From the IMG/VR virus record IMGVR_UViG_3300043640_000112, positions 1 through 38,238 of that record: 38,238 nt of DNA. One strand, 5' to 3'. A model generated the notes under the pieces. It saw only the letters and a list, made by a program, of their open reading frames with translations. It did not search any database and was not told the origin of the DNA. Below, in pieces: positions 17,411-26,266 of this stretch (position 1 is its first letter; each line of letters starts with the position of its first letter). The DNA is from a virus. The position numbers and the translations under genes were made by a program.

Positions 17411-19228
17411 ATGACAATGGTGCGTGGATACGATCCGATTTGGAAAGAAGTTGATCTTACAGGACATCTCTTTGATGACACTTTTTATCTATTTATCTTA
17501 GAAAATGATATACCTTATATACCATCTACTACGTGGCAAGACCCATTCGGTAATGTTCCCTGGAGTAATCCAATAAGATTTTTTGCAAATGGCACACTTC
17601 CAAACAATATTTATTACGATCCTGATACTGTCTATCGGTTGGAATTTAGACAAGGACCAACACAATCAGATCCACTTATATATTTGATTGAAAATTATGT
17701 TCCTGGCTCTAGTGGTGATATGCCTGTTGATGAAACTTTTTTCTCTACAGATAATCAAGTAAGCAATCCTCAATTTGCGCTGATTAATTTTGCGAGTCCA
17801 TTAACGCTAAATAGCATTAGCACTCAAATAATAAACTTAGCCCCAGGATGGTTTTTGCATTTAACGGGTGCTGGGAATGTTACTTTAACGCAAGTGTTAT
17901 TAAATAGCGCCGTTGTAGACCCAACAAATGCATCTTACGCGCTACAAATTCAATTAAGTGGTAGTTGGACCAATGCTTTCTTAAGCCAAAGATTTACTAG
18001 AAATGGAGTGTTATGGGCTAATACATATATATCTTCTTCTATAATGGCATTGTCTGGGAATGCACCACAAACTATTTCAGCGACAATCGTTGATTCTCAA
18101 GGCAATACAGTAGCTTCTGTATTAGGAAGCACACCTTTAACCGAAACATTCAATGAATATCGTGGTGTTGATTTAGCGCCTGCTTCGGCTGATACCGACT
18201 TTCCTCCTGCTGCTTATATTGAATATCAATTATTATTGCCAAATAATTGCAACATTACATTATCTAGTGTTCAATTAATTTCCGGCGATGTGCAACTTAC
18301 ATATCCCTATGAACAAACAACGATTGAACGTCAAATTGACCAAACATATCATAATTCATTCCCAATTGTACCAATTGGAACAATTATTGACTTTGGAGGA
18401 TTTAATACACCATTACATTATTTATTATGCGATGGGGCTGCTTATAGTCGAACAACTTATAATTTATTATTCCAAGAAATAACGGCATTAGAGACCGTTA
18501 CTTTGACATCTACTTCTCCTACTTTCACGGTGATATCTGGTGCAAAATATCGAATTGGAATGGGACTTGAAGGAACGGGGATTCCAGCATTTACTACGAT
18601 AATAAACATTTCTGGCAATACCATTACAATGGCATCCCCAGCTACAACTACCGGCCCATCAGCCGTCAGATTCTACGCAGCAGCCCCTATATATTTGGAA
18701 ACTGTAACTTTAACATCTACCATGTCTACATTTACAGTGACATCAGCTGCAAATTATGGCATTGGAATGGCTGTAACTGGAAGTGGTATTCCATCGGCCA
18801 CAATAATTACAAATATTTCCGGGACCACTATCACTATTTCGCACGCAGCCACTATCACAGGAGCCTCTTTATTAAAATTTTATGGCGTTGGCAACGGGGA
18901 TGCTTCAACTACATTTAATATCTATAATCTACAAGATTTTGTCATTGCCGGTACTGGCGGCTCATTATTTGGATCTAATGATAATACGATTGGCGCATCA
19001 GGAGGTTCAGCCATGCATACATTGACTATCCTTGAAATGCCAGCTCATACTCACCCAGGTGTAACACCTTCAATAGGTTTAGGTCAAGCAGATTCTCCAG
19101 GCGGTGGGGCTTCTTTAATTTCTGGATCGGGCTTTTCAATGAGTGTTGCATCTCAAGGAAATAGTAGTCCTCATTCAATTGTTCAACAAACAATGTTGAT
19201 GAAAAAATGTATTAGATTTGAATATTAA
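17411..19228 (+). CDS. Tail fibre with a tandem GxGIP module pair and a C-terminal phage tail-collar domain
   Basis: Tail-collar signature FNIYNLQDFVIAGTGG...GGSAMHTLTILEMPAHTHPG (about 18911-19060). Two ~65-aa repeats lie at 18488-18685 and 18695-18892. Confidence 0.85.
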   Translation: MTMVRGYDPIWKEVDLTGHLFDDTFYLFILENDIPYIPSTTWQDPFGNVPWSNPIRFFANGTLPNNIYYDPDTVYRLEFRQGPTQSDPLIYLIENYVPGSSGDMPVDETFFSTDNQVSNPQFALINFASPLTLNSISTQIINLAPGWFLHLTGAGNVTLTQVLLNSAVVDPTNASYALQIQLSGSWTNAFLSQRFTRNGVLWANTYISSSIMALSGNAPQTISATIVDSQGNTVASVLGSTPLTETFNEYRGVDLAPASADTDFPPAAYIEYQLLLPNNCNITLSSVQLISGDVQLTYPYEQTTIERQIDQTYHNSFPIVPIGTIIDFGGFNTPLHYLLCDGAAYSRTTYNLLFQEITALETVTLTSTSPTFTVISGAKYRIGMGLEGTGIPAFTTIINISGNTITMASPATTTGPSAVRFYAAAPIYLETVTLTSTMSTFTVTSAANYGIGMAVTGSGIPSATIITNISGTTITISHAATITGASLLKFYGVGNGDASTTFNIYNLQDFVIAGTGGSLFGSNDNTIGASGGSAMHTLTILEMPAHTHPGVTPSIGLGQADSPGGGASLISGSGFSMSVASQGNSSPHSIVQQTMLMKKCIRFEY

Positions 19229-19248
19229 ATTATAAAAAGGAGAATAAT

Positions 19249-19584
19249 GTGACAATTCCATGGAATGCAAATTATCTTGAAACTCTCTCATTTAGTGATA
19301 CTGATTTTCAAGTGGGATGTACTGTTGATGAAGACCAGATTGTTACGATACCGGGAATTGATACCGATAAATATCAAGCTTATTTTGAATACGCATCAAA
19401 TTCTAATGTATTTGTTTGCAAAAATTCTATTCCTGTTATTCCAGCTGGAGGCAGCGTAGGTGCGCAGCCTTATAATGAATTCAAACCTATCAAACGTTAT
19501 GTACAAGGTGGAGATGTGTTACACTTTATTACACCAGATGATATTGCTTACATCGGAGTTTCATTAAGAAAATTACAAGGTTAA
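19249..19584 (+). CDS. Hypothetical protein (111 aa, GTG start)
   Basis: AAAGGAG ribosome-binding site 7 nt before the GTG. Located between two fibre genes. Confidence 0.5.
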   Translation: MTIPWNANYLETLSFSDTDFQVGCTVDEDQIVTIPGIDTDKYQAYFEYASNSNVFVCKNSIPVIPAGGSVGAQPYNEFKPIKRYVQGGDVLHFITPDDIAYIGVSLRKLQG

Positions 19585-19588
19585 ATAG

Positions 19589-19608
19589 AATGTTCCACGT
19601 GGAACATT
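19589..19608. promoter_or_regulatory. 20-bp perfect palindrome AATGTTCCACGTGGAACATT (copy 2)
   Basis: Read directly. It starts 5 nt after the stop at 19584 and ends 20 nt before the start at 19628. Confidence 0.6.
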
Positions 19609-19627
19609 AATATAATCACAAGGATTC

Positions 19628-22600
19628 GTGATGGTAAACACGATTAAATTTAGCCAGATGACGGATGGCGGCAATTTAGCTAATGATGAAAAAACTCCGG
19701 GATTATTGGGTGGGGCAAATGTATTATTTAATAATCCTTGGACATTTTTGCCCTCCGGAACAACAGCCGATAGGCCAACGCCATCGTCCTTAATTAACTA
19801 TCGTCTGCGATTTAATACGACCGATCAGTTATACGAGTACTATGATGCGGTGCTAGGTGCGTGGACTCAATTGCAAGAGAGCGCGTTTACTCAAGGCCCA
19901 TTTGTAATTTATACGGCAGATCCTTCTATCCCTGATGGTCAAAACTTAGGTGCGCTTGCTGACGGCATTCTGAAGCAGACCATTACCCTTGGCGTGGCCA
20001 CCGTTGATATAGCGGTGAATGGTGTTGATTTCTATGGCCCGGGCTATACAGGTTATCTAGTCGCGCCTGCTGGTATTGCGGATATTGATGGTAATTTCAT
20101 CCTTACAACAACAAGTGTTGGCGCTTCAGCCGTTAATAGCTTGCGTGTTGTAAATAGCATCACCGGAAATCCTGTTCTTATAGAAAGTATTGGATTTGAT
20201 ACGAATGTTGGATTAAGTCTAATTACTAAAGGAACAGGCCAATTAAGATTAGAAAGTGGTAATGCAACACAGCCTTTAATAATTGTTAGCGGAACATTGG
20301 GTAATCATTTTACTCGTTTCGCAATGGCAGATACGAGTGCCGATAGGACGGCAACATGGCAAGATTCAGACGGCACTATAGCATGGCTATCGGATGTGGC
20401 TGGTACTGTTACATCGGCACAGGGTACAGAATTTCAAGTTTTAGTAAACGGTAATTTTGGCACACAAGAAACAGGCGCTTGTATATTTACATTGCCACAA
20501 GACATTGCGGCAATCAGTTCTCCCACATTCAATTCCCTAACATTGACAAACCCATTAACCGTTCCAAATGGCGGTACAGGGTTGGCAACGTTGACGGCAT
20601 ATACATTGCTTGCAGGCGGTACAACATCTACCGGGAATTTACAGCAAGTAGGGGCTGGAGCCGCCGGACAATTATTGCAATCGGCTGGTGCTGGCGCATT
20701 GCCTACATGGACAACTTCCACATTCCCAAGCGGTTCTGGAACGTTGAACCATATGTTGCGATCTGATGGAACAAACTGGGTTGAAACCACATCGACAACA
20801 TTAGATGCTTCAGATAACTTCGCAGGCATTACATCAGCAGCAATTGGAAACTTATCATTAGCAGTTAACACATTAAGCTCCAGTAACTCTAATGGTAATA
20901 TTTATTTACAACCAAATGGTGTTGGTAGAACAGTTGTTACCAATGCAAGTGCTCCCTCCTCAGCATTTTTAGGTGATTTTGGAATTGTAACGGTTTCTGC
21001 CAGTGCTAGCCAAACTACAACAACTTATAGCGCAAATAGCGGACAATCATCGCAGCTTTATTTGGCAAAAAGTCATAGTACAACACCTGGATCATTTTCA
21101 GCGATTGGTTCATCTGAGGTTATTGGCCAGATTTTTGCATATGGTGATGATGGAACGCAATTTACTGAATCATGCAACATTAGATTTTTTGTTAATGGCA
21201 CTGTTTCAAGTGGCATTGTTCCGGGGCAAATACAATTTTTAACGGCCAATAGCTCAGGCGCAATAACACAGGCTCTTGCGATTGATTCTGCGCAACAAGC
21301 TACGTTTGCAAATAATATTATCCAAAGTGGGTTTTTAAGAGGAACAACAGAAATACAAGACTCTGTGGCAAATGTCTTGCTAGATTTTGCAACAAGTGGT
21401 GGCACTCCATTTAACTATTTCCAGATTACAAATAATCCCACAGGTGCTGGTCCAAACTTAAATTCTCTCGGCGGAGACACTGATGTTGGCATGAATTTTA
21501 CAACAAAAGGGAATGGTAGATTTTTTTGGCGCAGCACTCATGCGACTCCATTTGTTATTTTAAATGGAACTGCATATCAGCGCACCAACCAATTTAACTT
21601 CCCCGACCTATCTGGAAACTTTGCTTATACTTTCCCGGCAGCCACAGGAACGATTGCTTTGACAGCAGACCTTACTAGCTATGTCACTGCGGTAAATGGT
21701 ACAGCAAACCGTATAACATCAACTGGTGGTACGACACCAACTATTGATATATCGGCAAGTTATGTTGGTCAATCCTCAATTACAACTCTTGGTACGATTG
21801 GAACGGGGGTTTGGAACGGTACATTAGTTTCACCAATTTATGGCGGAACTGGCGTTAATAATGGCAGCAATACATTAACATTGGCTGGCACACTGGCTAC
21901 AAGTGGTGCATTTTCTTCTGTATTTACGATGACAGGTGCCACGAATGTGACGTTTCCCACAACGGGGACATTGTTGACATCTGCGGGTGCCGTAACTTCC
22001 ATTACTGGAACTGCAAATCAGGTCATTGCATCAGCATCTACGGGCGCGGTTACTTTGAGTTTGCCGCAATCTATTGCAACCAGTAGCTCGCCCACATTTG
22101 TAACTGTGACTGGAACAACATCGGTTGTTGCCGGCGCCACAGGAAGTCCAGCGAACTATATAGTTTCTGTTGCGCCTGGCGCAAGTGCAGGCAATATAGT
22201 TATAACAGCGGCTAATAGTGCGGGTAATTTTAATGGCTTTATCACTAATGCCTCAATGTCAGACACAAGGACTTGGACATTCCCAGATAGATCCGGCACT
22301 GTAGCTATTCCAGTAAACGGTACTTTTTCTCCAACAATTGAATTTGGAGGAGCCTCGGTTGGAGTTACTTACTCTAGTCAGATTGGAAAATTCCAATTAG
22401 TAGGCAATGTTGCCACGGTTCAGTGTTTTGTTACTTTATCAAATAAAGGTTCTTCTGTAGGTAATGCTGCTATAGGAAATCTTCCATATGCCCCTGTTGA
22501 CAATAGCCAAAGTTTTCCCATTGGGCAAGTATCTAATATATCATTTTTAGGCACATCCGTTGGAGTCACAGTAACAACTGCTGCTGTAGCTGTACTTTAT

Positions 22601-22696
22601 TATAATATTACAGCCTCTACACCTGTAGTCCTTACTGATACCAACTTTACAAATACAAGCTCGGTTATTGTAACGTTTTCATATTTTATATCTTAA
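19628..22696 (+). CDS. Long tail fibre / receptor-binding protein (1022 aa)
   Basis: Gly/Thr/Ser/Ala-rich. Recurrent fibre motifs: PSGTTADRP...RFNTT...YEYYD..W, LPQDIAAISSPTFNSLT, GGTG(L/V)..., and TWTFPDRSGTVA. Confidence 0.85.
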   Translation: MMVNTIKFSQMTDGGNLANDEKTPGLLGGANVLFNNPWTFLPSGTTADRPTPSSLINYRLRFNTTDQLYEYYDAVLGAWTQLQESAFTQGPFVIYTADPSIPDGQNLGALADGILKQTITLGVATVDIAVNGVDFYGPGYTGYLVAPAGIADIDGNFILTTTSVGASAVNSLRVVNSITGNPVLIESIGFDTNVGLSLITKGTGQLRLESGNATQPLIIVSGTLGNHFTRFAMADTSADRTATWQDSDGTIAWLSDVAGTVTSAQGTEFQVLVNGNFGTQETGACIFTLPQDIAAISSPTFNSLTLTNPLTVPNGGTGLATLTAYTLLAGGTTSTGNLQQVGAGAAGQLLQSAGAGALPTWTTSTFPSGSGTLNHMLRSDGTNWVETTSTTLDASDNFAGITSAAIGNLSLAVNTLSSSNSNGNIYLQPNGVGRTVVTNASAPSSAFLGDFGIVTVSASASQTTTTYSANSGQSSQLYLAKSHSTTPGSFSAIGSSEVIGQIFAYGDDGTQFTESCNIRFFVNGTVSSGIVPGQIQFLTANSSGAITQALAIDSAQQATFANNIIQSGFLRGTTEIQDSVANVLLDFATSGGTPFNYFQITNNPTGAGPNLNSLGGDTDVGMNFTTKGNGRFFWRSTHATPFVILNGTAYQRTNQFNFPDLSGNFAYTFPAATGTIALTADLTSYVTAVNGTANRITSTGGTTPTIDISASYVGQSSITTLGTIGTGVWNGTLVSPIYGGTGVNNGSNTLTLAGTLATSGAFSSVFTMTGATNVTFPTTGTLLTSAGAVTSITGTANQVIASASTGAVTLSLPQSIATSSSPTFVTVTGTTSVVAGATGSPANYIVSVAPGASAGNIVITAANSAGNFNGFITNASMSDTRTWTFPDRSGTVAIPVNGTFSPTIEFGGASVGVTYSSQIGKFQLVGNVATVQCFVTLSNKGSSVGNAAIGNLPYAPVDNSQSFPIGQVSNISFLGTSVGVTVTTAAVAVLYYNITASTPVVLTDTNFTNTSSVIVTFSYFIS

Positions 22697-22709
22697 AAGA
22701 TATAGATAA

Positions 22710-22738
22710 TTAACACCTTGACAAAGATATGCTAGAGT
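22710..22738 (+). promoter_or_regulatory. Cassette-1 promoter TTAACA-N14-TGC-TAGAGT (extended -10)
   Basis: 17-nt spacer counted by hand. The same architecture and a shared GCTAGAGTGAAT core occur at 25244-25272. Confidence 0.55.
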
Positions 22739-22774
22739 GAATGTGGATTTTTAATAATAACGTGGAGAGACAAG

Positions 22775-23026
22775 ATGTCCGAAGTAAAAGAAATGGGTTT
22801 GTTAGAATCGATGAAAGCGCAACATGCTGCATTTTTACAGCAAAGGGATCAAGCGCAAGTAAATTTTCAACAATTAGTTGGTGCGATTTTTGCGCTTGAA
22901 AGCATGATTAAACAGCATGAAGAAAAATTAGTGGCAGCACTAAAAGAACAGGTCGAGGGAGTAGTTCCTGCCGAACCAGTACCCACCGAACCACAAGGAG
23001 TTAGTGAAAATGAAGAAGCCTGCTAG
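22775..23026 (+). CDS. Small coiled-coil protein, cassette-1 paralogue of 25309-25548
   Basis: LESMKAQHAAFLQQRDQAQVNFQQLVGAIFALESMIKQHE aligns with LDQLKEQHTQFLQQREQTQTNLQQLIGAIFACELMIKKHE. Confidence 0.65.
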   Translation: MSEVKEMGLLESMKAQHAAFLQQRDQAQVNFQQLVGAIFALESMIKQHEEKLVAALKEQVEGVVPAEPVPTEPQGVSENEEAC

Positions 23027-23102
23027 AAAGATGGAAGAAAAAAACATCCGGAATATGGACGATAAAAAAGACAATAAAATGGTAAAGAAAAAGATGCAAT
23101 GA
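23010..23102 (+). CDS. Lys-rich micro-ORF (30 aa), in the +1 frame overlapping the end of the upstream gene
   Basis: MKKPARKMEEKNIRNMDDKKDNKMVKKKMQ. A similar 32-aa ORF sits at 25928-26026. Confidence 0.35.
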   Translation: MKKPARKMEEKNIRNMDDKKDNKMVKKKMQ

Positions 23103-23133
23103 AAAAGGACTGCAAATAATCAAGGAGCGAATC

Positions 23134-23343
23134 ATGGCCTACGATGAGACACCAAGAAAGCCAATCGAAGTTAGAGAGGGAAAAGGAGGGGGGCGCGCAG
23201 GTCATGATGAGCTTATTGATCGCGCTGGTGACGCTGGACAATATGGCGTGCGAACCGATGCGGCAGCTGAGGGCGTGGGCTATTTGGGGGTTGATGATTT
23301 AGACAGGATAAGACGCAAAAATCTTAAACATAAAACCAGATAA
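23134..23343 (+). CDS. Small protein (69 aa), cassette-1 paralogue of 26036-26236
   Basis: Shares an N-terminal MAY(D/E) and a C-terminal EG.G(Y/F)LG(V/I)D(D/N)LD(R/K)(I/M)RR(K/R). AGGAG ribosome-binding site 6 nt upstream in both copies. Confidence 0.6.
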   Translation: MAYDETPRKPIEVREGKGGGRAGHDELIDRAGDAGQYGVRTDAAAEGVGYLGVDDLDRIRRKNLKHKTR

Positions 23344-23362
23344 ATTATAAGGAGATAATGAT

Positions 23363-25198
23363 ATGGCTATTTTAGCAATTGGACGTTATTTCGTAGGTGA
23401 TCCTAATATTGTTGGAATTGTCACAACTGATGATTTGGCCACCATTATTGCCGATGGATATCTTACTGCTCAACAACCAATTATTAATTCTTTAATTAAT
23501 GGTGATTTTGAATGGCTCACTACTGACTTAATATTAATATATTATTCTCCTACAAGTATTGGATTTTTTACAAGAGATGCAATTAATAATACTTTCGTAG
23601 AATTTAATCAAGCAGGGCAAGTACAGGCTATAACCGGTACTTCACGTCAAATATTGTCAAATAATACGAGTGGAACTCCAGAAACAGGCAATATTACACT
23701 TACAATTGCTAACAACCCTATATTGCCAGGAACCGGCGGTGTTACTTTGCCTACAGGCACTACAATACAACGAGCAGGAAGTGCAGGTACTATACGATTC
23801 AATTCTCAAACAAGTGTTTTTGAAGGAACAGTTAATGGAAGTGCATGGTCTTCTTTAGGATCGTCAAGTATACAAGGAACCGCTAATCAAGTTTTAGCCA
23901 ATGGTACTAGTGGCAGTCCAGTAACAGGGGCTGTGATTTTAACATTGCCTCAAGATATCAATACTATTAGTAGTCCAAGTTTCACTGCTTTAACCGCAGG
24001 GAATTTGAATTTAATTAATTCAACTTTATCTAGTATTTCCACTAATTCTAATTTGGCTTTAGTACCAAATGGAACGGCTGCTGTATTAATTGGTCAAAAT
24101 ACAGCATTTGCACCTATAGCAGGATTTCCTAATAATTTACAAATAATTAGTAAATCAGGATCGCAAGCGGGTTTAACCATAGGAACATTTTTAGCAAATG
24201 GCCAAGGATCAGTATCTTATTTATATAAGAGCAGAAGTACTTCTCCTGGATCATTCACTACTGTTCAAGTTGGAGATAGTTTGGGCCTTTATGGATGGTC
24301 AGCAGATGACGGCACAAGTTTTGTAAATGCTGCTAATATTGGGGTTTTTGTTACAGCTATTTCTCCAGGAAGTCTTTCTACACGCATGGCTTTTTTATTA
24401 AGAAATGGTGTTAGTGCTCCAACAGGAGCATTGCAATTAAATTCCGACCAAACTGCACAGTTTTTTGGAAATGTTACCAATGCTAGCGGTCATTCATTTA
24501 TCAGTAATTCTCCTACTATAAATTTAGGTTCTTTAGCATTAACCGGGGCTAATAATGCAGGTAACTTTGCTAATATTTTAACTAACGCTTCAACAGCAGC
24601 AGCTAGGACTTGGACCTTACCAGATGCAACAGGTACAATAGCACTAACTTCACAACTAGCCACTCCCGCCGCTTTAACAAAAACAGATGATACTAATGTT
24701 ACTTTAACTTTAGGAGGAACTCCATCTACGGCTTTACTACAAGCTACTTCCTTGACGTTAGGATGGACAGGTCTTTTAAGTCCAACTCGTGGAGGAACAG
24801 GTGTAAACAACAGTACTAATACCCTAACAATTAATGCGAATTCAACCATTAATCAAAATGTAAGCACGACTGCTATACCAACTTTTGGATCATTAATTAC
24901 TACACCTGCAAATTCGGATGATTCATCATTATCTTTAGGAACTGCCTATCAGAATACATTAGGTTACGATATAGTTTTGACCGTATATTTGGCAATTACA
25001 GCCGCGACAGCTGGTTCAGTGGCCGTAGGAGTTGGGGCTACCAATACACCAACCCAACAAAACGTAATATCTGGATTTACCATTGCCGCATTATCAATTA
25101 TACCTATAACTATTTATTTGCCGACTTCATATTATGCATTAGTAAGTCTTACAAGTGTTACGGGTAGTATTTCTGGACAACAAATAATGCCAGTTTAA
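23363..25198 (+). CDS. Tail fibre / receptor-binding protein (611 aa), with an N-terminal anchor shared with 26267-27118
   Basis: N-terminal PNIVGIVTTDDLA...GY...IYY motif. Shares fibre motifs with the 1022-aa protein (LPQDINTISSPSFTALT, RTWTLPDATGTIALTS, RGGTGVNNSTNTLT). Confidence 0.85.
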   Translation: MAILAIGRYFVGDPNIVGIVTTDDLATIIADGYLTAQQPIINSLINGDFEWLTTDLILIYYSPTSIGFFTRDAINNTFVEFNQAGQVQAITGTSRQILSNNTSGTPETGNITLTIANNPILPGTGGVTLPTGTTIQRAGSAGTIRFNSQTSVFEGTVNGSAWSSLGSSSIQGTANQVLANGTSGSPVTGAVILTLPQDINTISSPSFTALTAGNLNLINSTLSSISTNSNLALVPNGTAAVLIGQNTAFAPIAGFPNNLQIISKSGSQAGLTIGTFLANGQGSVSYLYKSRSTSPGSFTTVQVGDSLGLYGWSADDGTSFVNAANIGVFVTAISPGSLSTRMAFLLRNGVSAPTGALQLNSDQTAQFFGNVTNASGHSFISNSPTINLGSLALTGANNAGNFANILTNASTAAARTWTLPDATGTIALTSQLATPAALTKTDDTNVTLTLGGTPSTALLQATSLTLGWTGLLSPTRGGTGVNNSTNTLTINANSTINQNVSTTAIPTFGSLITTPANSDDSSLSLGTAYQNTLGYDIVLTVYLAITAATAGSVAVGVGATNTPTQQNVISGFTIAALSIIPITIYLPTSYYALVSLTSVTGSISGQQIMPV

Positions 25199-25243
25199 AA
25201 AAATAATATATTAAAGGAAAATATTTATAAATAACCGCGCATA

Positions 25244-25272
25244 TTAACATATTTAAAATTTAATGCTAGAGT
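25244..25272 (+). promoter_or_regulatory. Cassette-2 promoter TTAACA-N14-TGC-TAGAGT (extended -10)
   Basis: Same hexamers and spacing as 22710-22738. The downstream leader is also similar (GTGAATrTG.ATTT...AATAAC..GGAG). Confidence 0.55.
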
Positions 25273-25308
25273 GAATATGATTTATTTAAAATAACAGGGA
25301 GCGTTAAG

Positions 25309-25548
25309 ATGTCAGATACAAAAAGCAATGAGATTCAAAAAGAATTAAGTTTATTAGATCAACTCAAAGAACAACACACTCAATTTTTGCAGCAACGCGA
25401 ACAAACTCAGACTAATCTCCAGCAATTAATTGGAGCTATTTTTGCATGTGAATTAATGATTAAAAAACATGAAGATGCTATTAAAGAATTGTCATCAGAA
25501 AATTTAGGAGCTCAAGGAAATGGCGAAGCTTACAACCAAGAAGCGTAA
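25309..25548 (+). CDS. Small coiled-coil protein, cassette-2 paralogue of 22775-23026
   Basis: See the alignment given for 22775-23026. Confidence 0.65.
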   Translation: MSDTKSNEIQKELSLLDQLKEQHTQFLQQREQTQTNLQQLIGAIFACELMIKKHEDAIKELSSENLGAQGNGEAYNQEA

Positions 25549-25747
25549 TTCATTACCTAAATCAGAATTTGCATTACCAGGCGAACGTAAGTTTCCAATT
25601 AATGATGCTTCCCACGCAAAAAATGCCAAAGCACGAGCATCAGAAATGGAACACAAAGGAAAATTATCTACTTCTAGTAAAGCTAAGATAGATTCTAAAG
25701 CTGATAAAATTTTAAAACGCGGCGAGCCTAAAGGAAGTAAACGATGA
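25520..25747 (+). CDS. Small basic protein (75 aa) with the motif FALPGERKFPINDASHAKNAKAR
   Basis: The start codon is at the position homologous to the cassette-1 micro-ORF start, also in the +1 frame. The (K/R)xFPIxDxxHxxNAxAR motif recurs in small phage proteins as far as I recall. Confidence 0.5.
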   Translation: MAKLTTKKRNSLPKSEFALPGERKFPINDASHAKNAKARASEMEHKGKLSTSSKAKIDSKADKILKRGEPKGSKR

Positions 25748-25923
25748 ACGTGCTAGCAACATTTATTAGTACTCAATTAATTAAAGCTATAGAGAGTGAA
25801 TTTATTAATCATTCACCTGAAATACAGGCTGCTATTATCCACCAGATTCAAAATTTTCTGATTGAAGGAACTATCTGGGTAGAAAATAAACTTGCAATTT
25901 CAAAAAAATCAACTGGAGAGTAA
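25744..25923 (+). CDS. Hypothetical protein (59 aa, below the ORF-track cutoff)
   Basis: ATGA overlap with the upstream stop. Translation: MNVLATFISTQLIKAIESEFINHSPEIQAAIIHQIQNFLIEGTIWVENKLAISKKSTGE. Confidence 0.4.
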   Translation: MNVLATFISTQLIKAIESEFINHSPEIQAAIIHQIQNFLIEGTIWVENKLAISKKSTGE

Positions 25924-25927
25924 AGTC

Positions 25928-26026
25928 ATGAAGAAAGAAAAAAAACCTATGAAAAAAATGGAAATGAAAGAGAAAAAAATGGAGCGTAAGAGTGATAAAA
26001 AAGACAAAAAGGATTGCCGTTATTAG
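25928..26026 (+). CDS. Lys-rich micro-ORF (32 aa) containing A7-A8 runs
   Basis: MKKEKKPMKKMEMKEKKMERKSDKKDKKDCRY, paralogous in composition and position to 23010-23102. Confidence 0.35.
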   Translation: MKKEKKPMKKMEMKEKKMERKSDKKDKKDCRY

Positions 26027-26035
26027 GAGATGATC

Positions 26036-26236
26036 ATGGCATATGAAAATGATCCGATTAAACGTCAAGATAGTGATGGTAAAGATAGAAGAATTAAGAT
26101 AGGGTATAATGCTGAAATAGATTCTGCTAAGGCTGCAAGAGATAATACATTGAAAGATTCAGATCCGATGGTCGAAAAGGAAGGATTTTTAGGAATTGAT
26201 AATCTAGATAAAATGAGACGCAGAAAAGTTAGATAA
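26036..26236 (+). CDS. Small protein (66 aa from MAYEN), cassette-2 paralogue of 23134-23343
   Basis: By homology to MAYDETP and by AGGAG spacing of 6 nt, the ATG at 26036 is favoured over the track start at 26030. Confidence 0.6.
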   Translation: MAYENDPIKRQDSDGKDRRIKIGYNAEIDSAKAARDNTLKDSDPMVEKEGFLGIDNLDKMRRRKVR

Positions 26237-26266
26237 TTATTCATCAAATTATATGGAGATAATTAA

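Noticed and set aside
20434-20871. 145-aa antisense ORF inside the 1022-aa fibre gene. Similar ones lie at 21073-21405 and 24490-24849.
   Set aside because: They lie wholly within strongly supported fibre genes whose Gly/Ala/Thr-rich codons suppress stops on the opposite strand. They have no ribosome-binding site and an odd Pro/Val/Ala/Asn-rich composition.
23023-23241. 72-aa minus-strand ORF
   Set aside because: It is created by the GC-rich patch. It overlaps two plus-strand genes that have paralogues elsewhere, and it has no start context.
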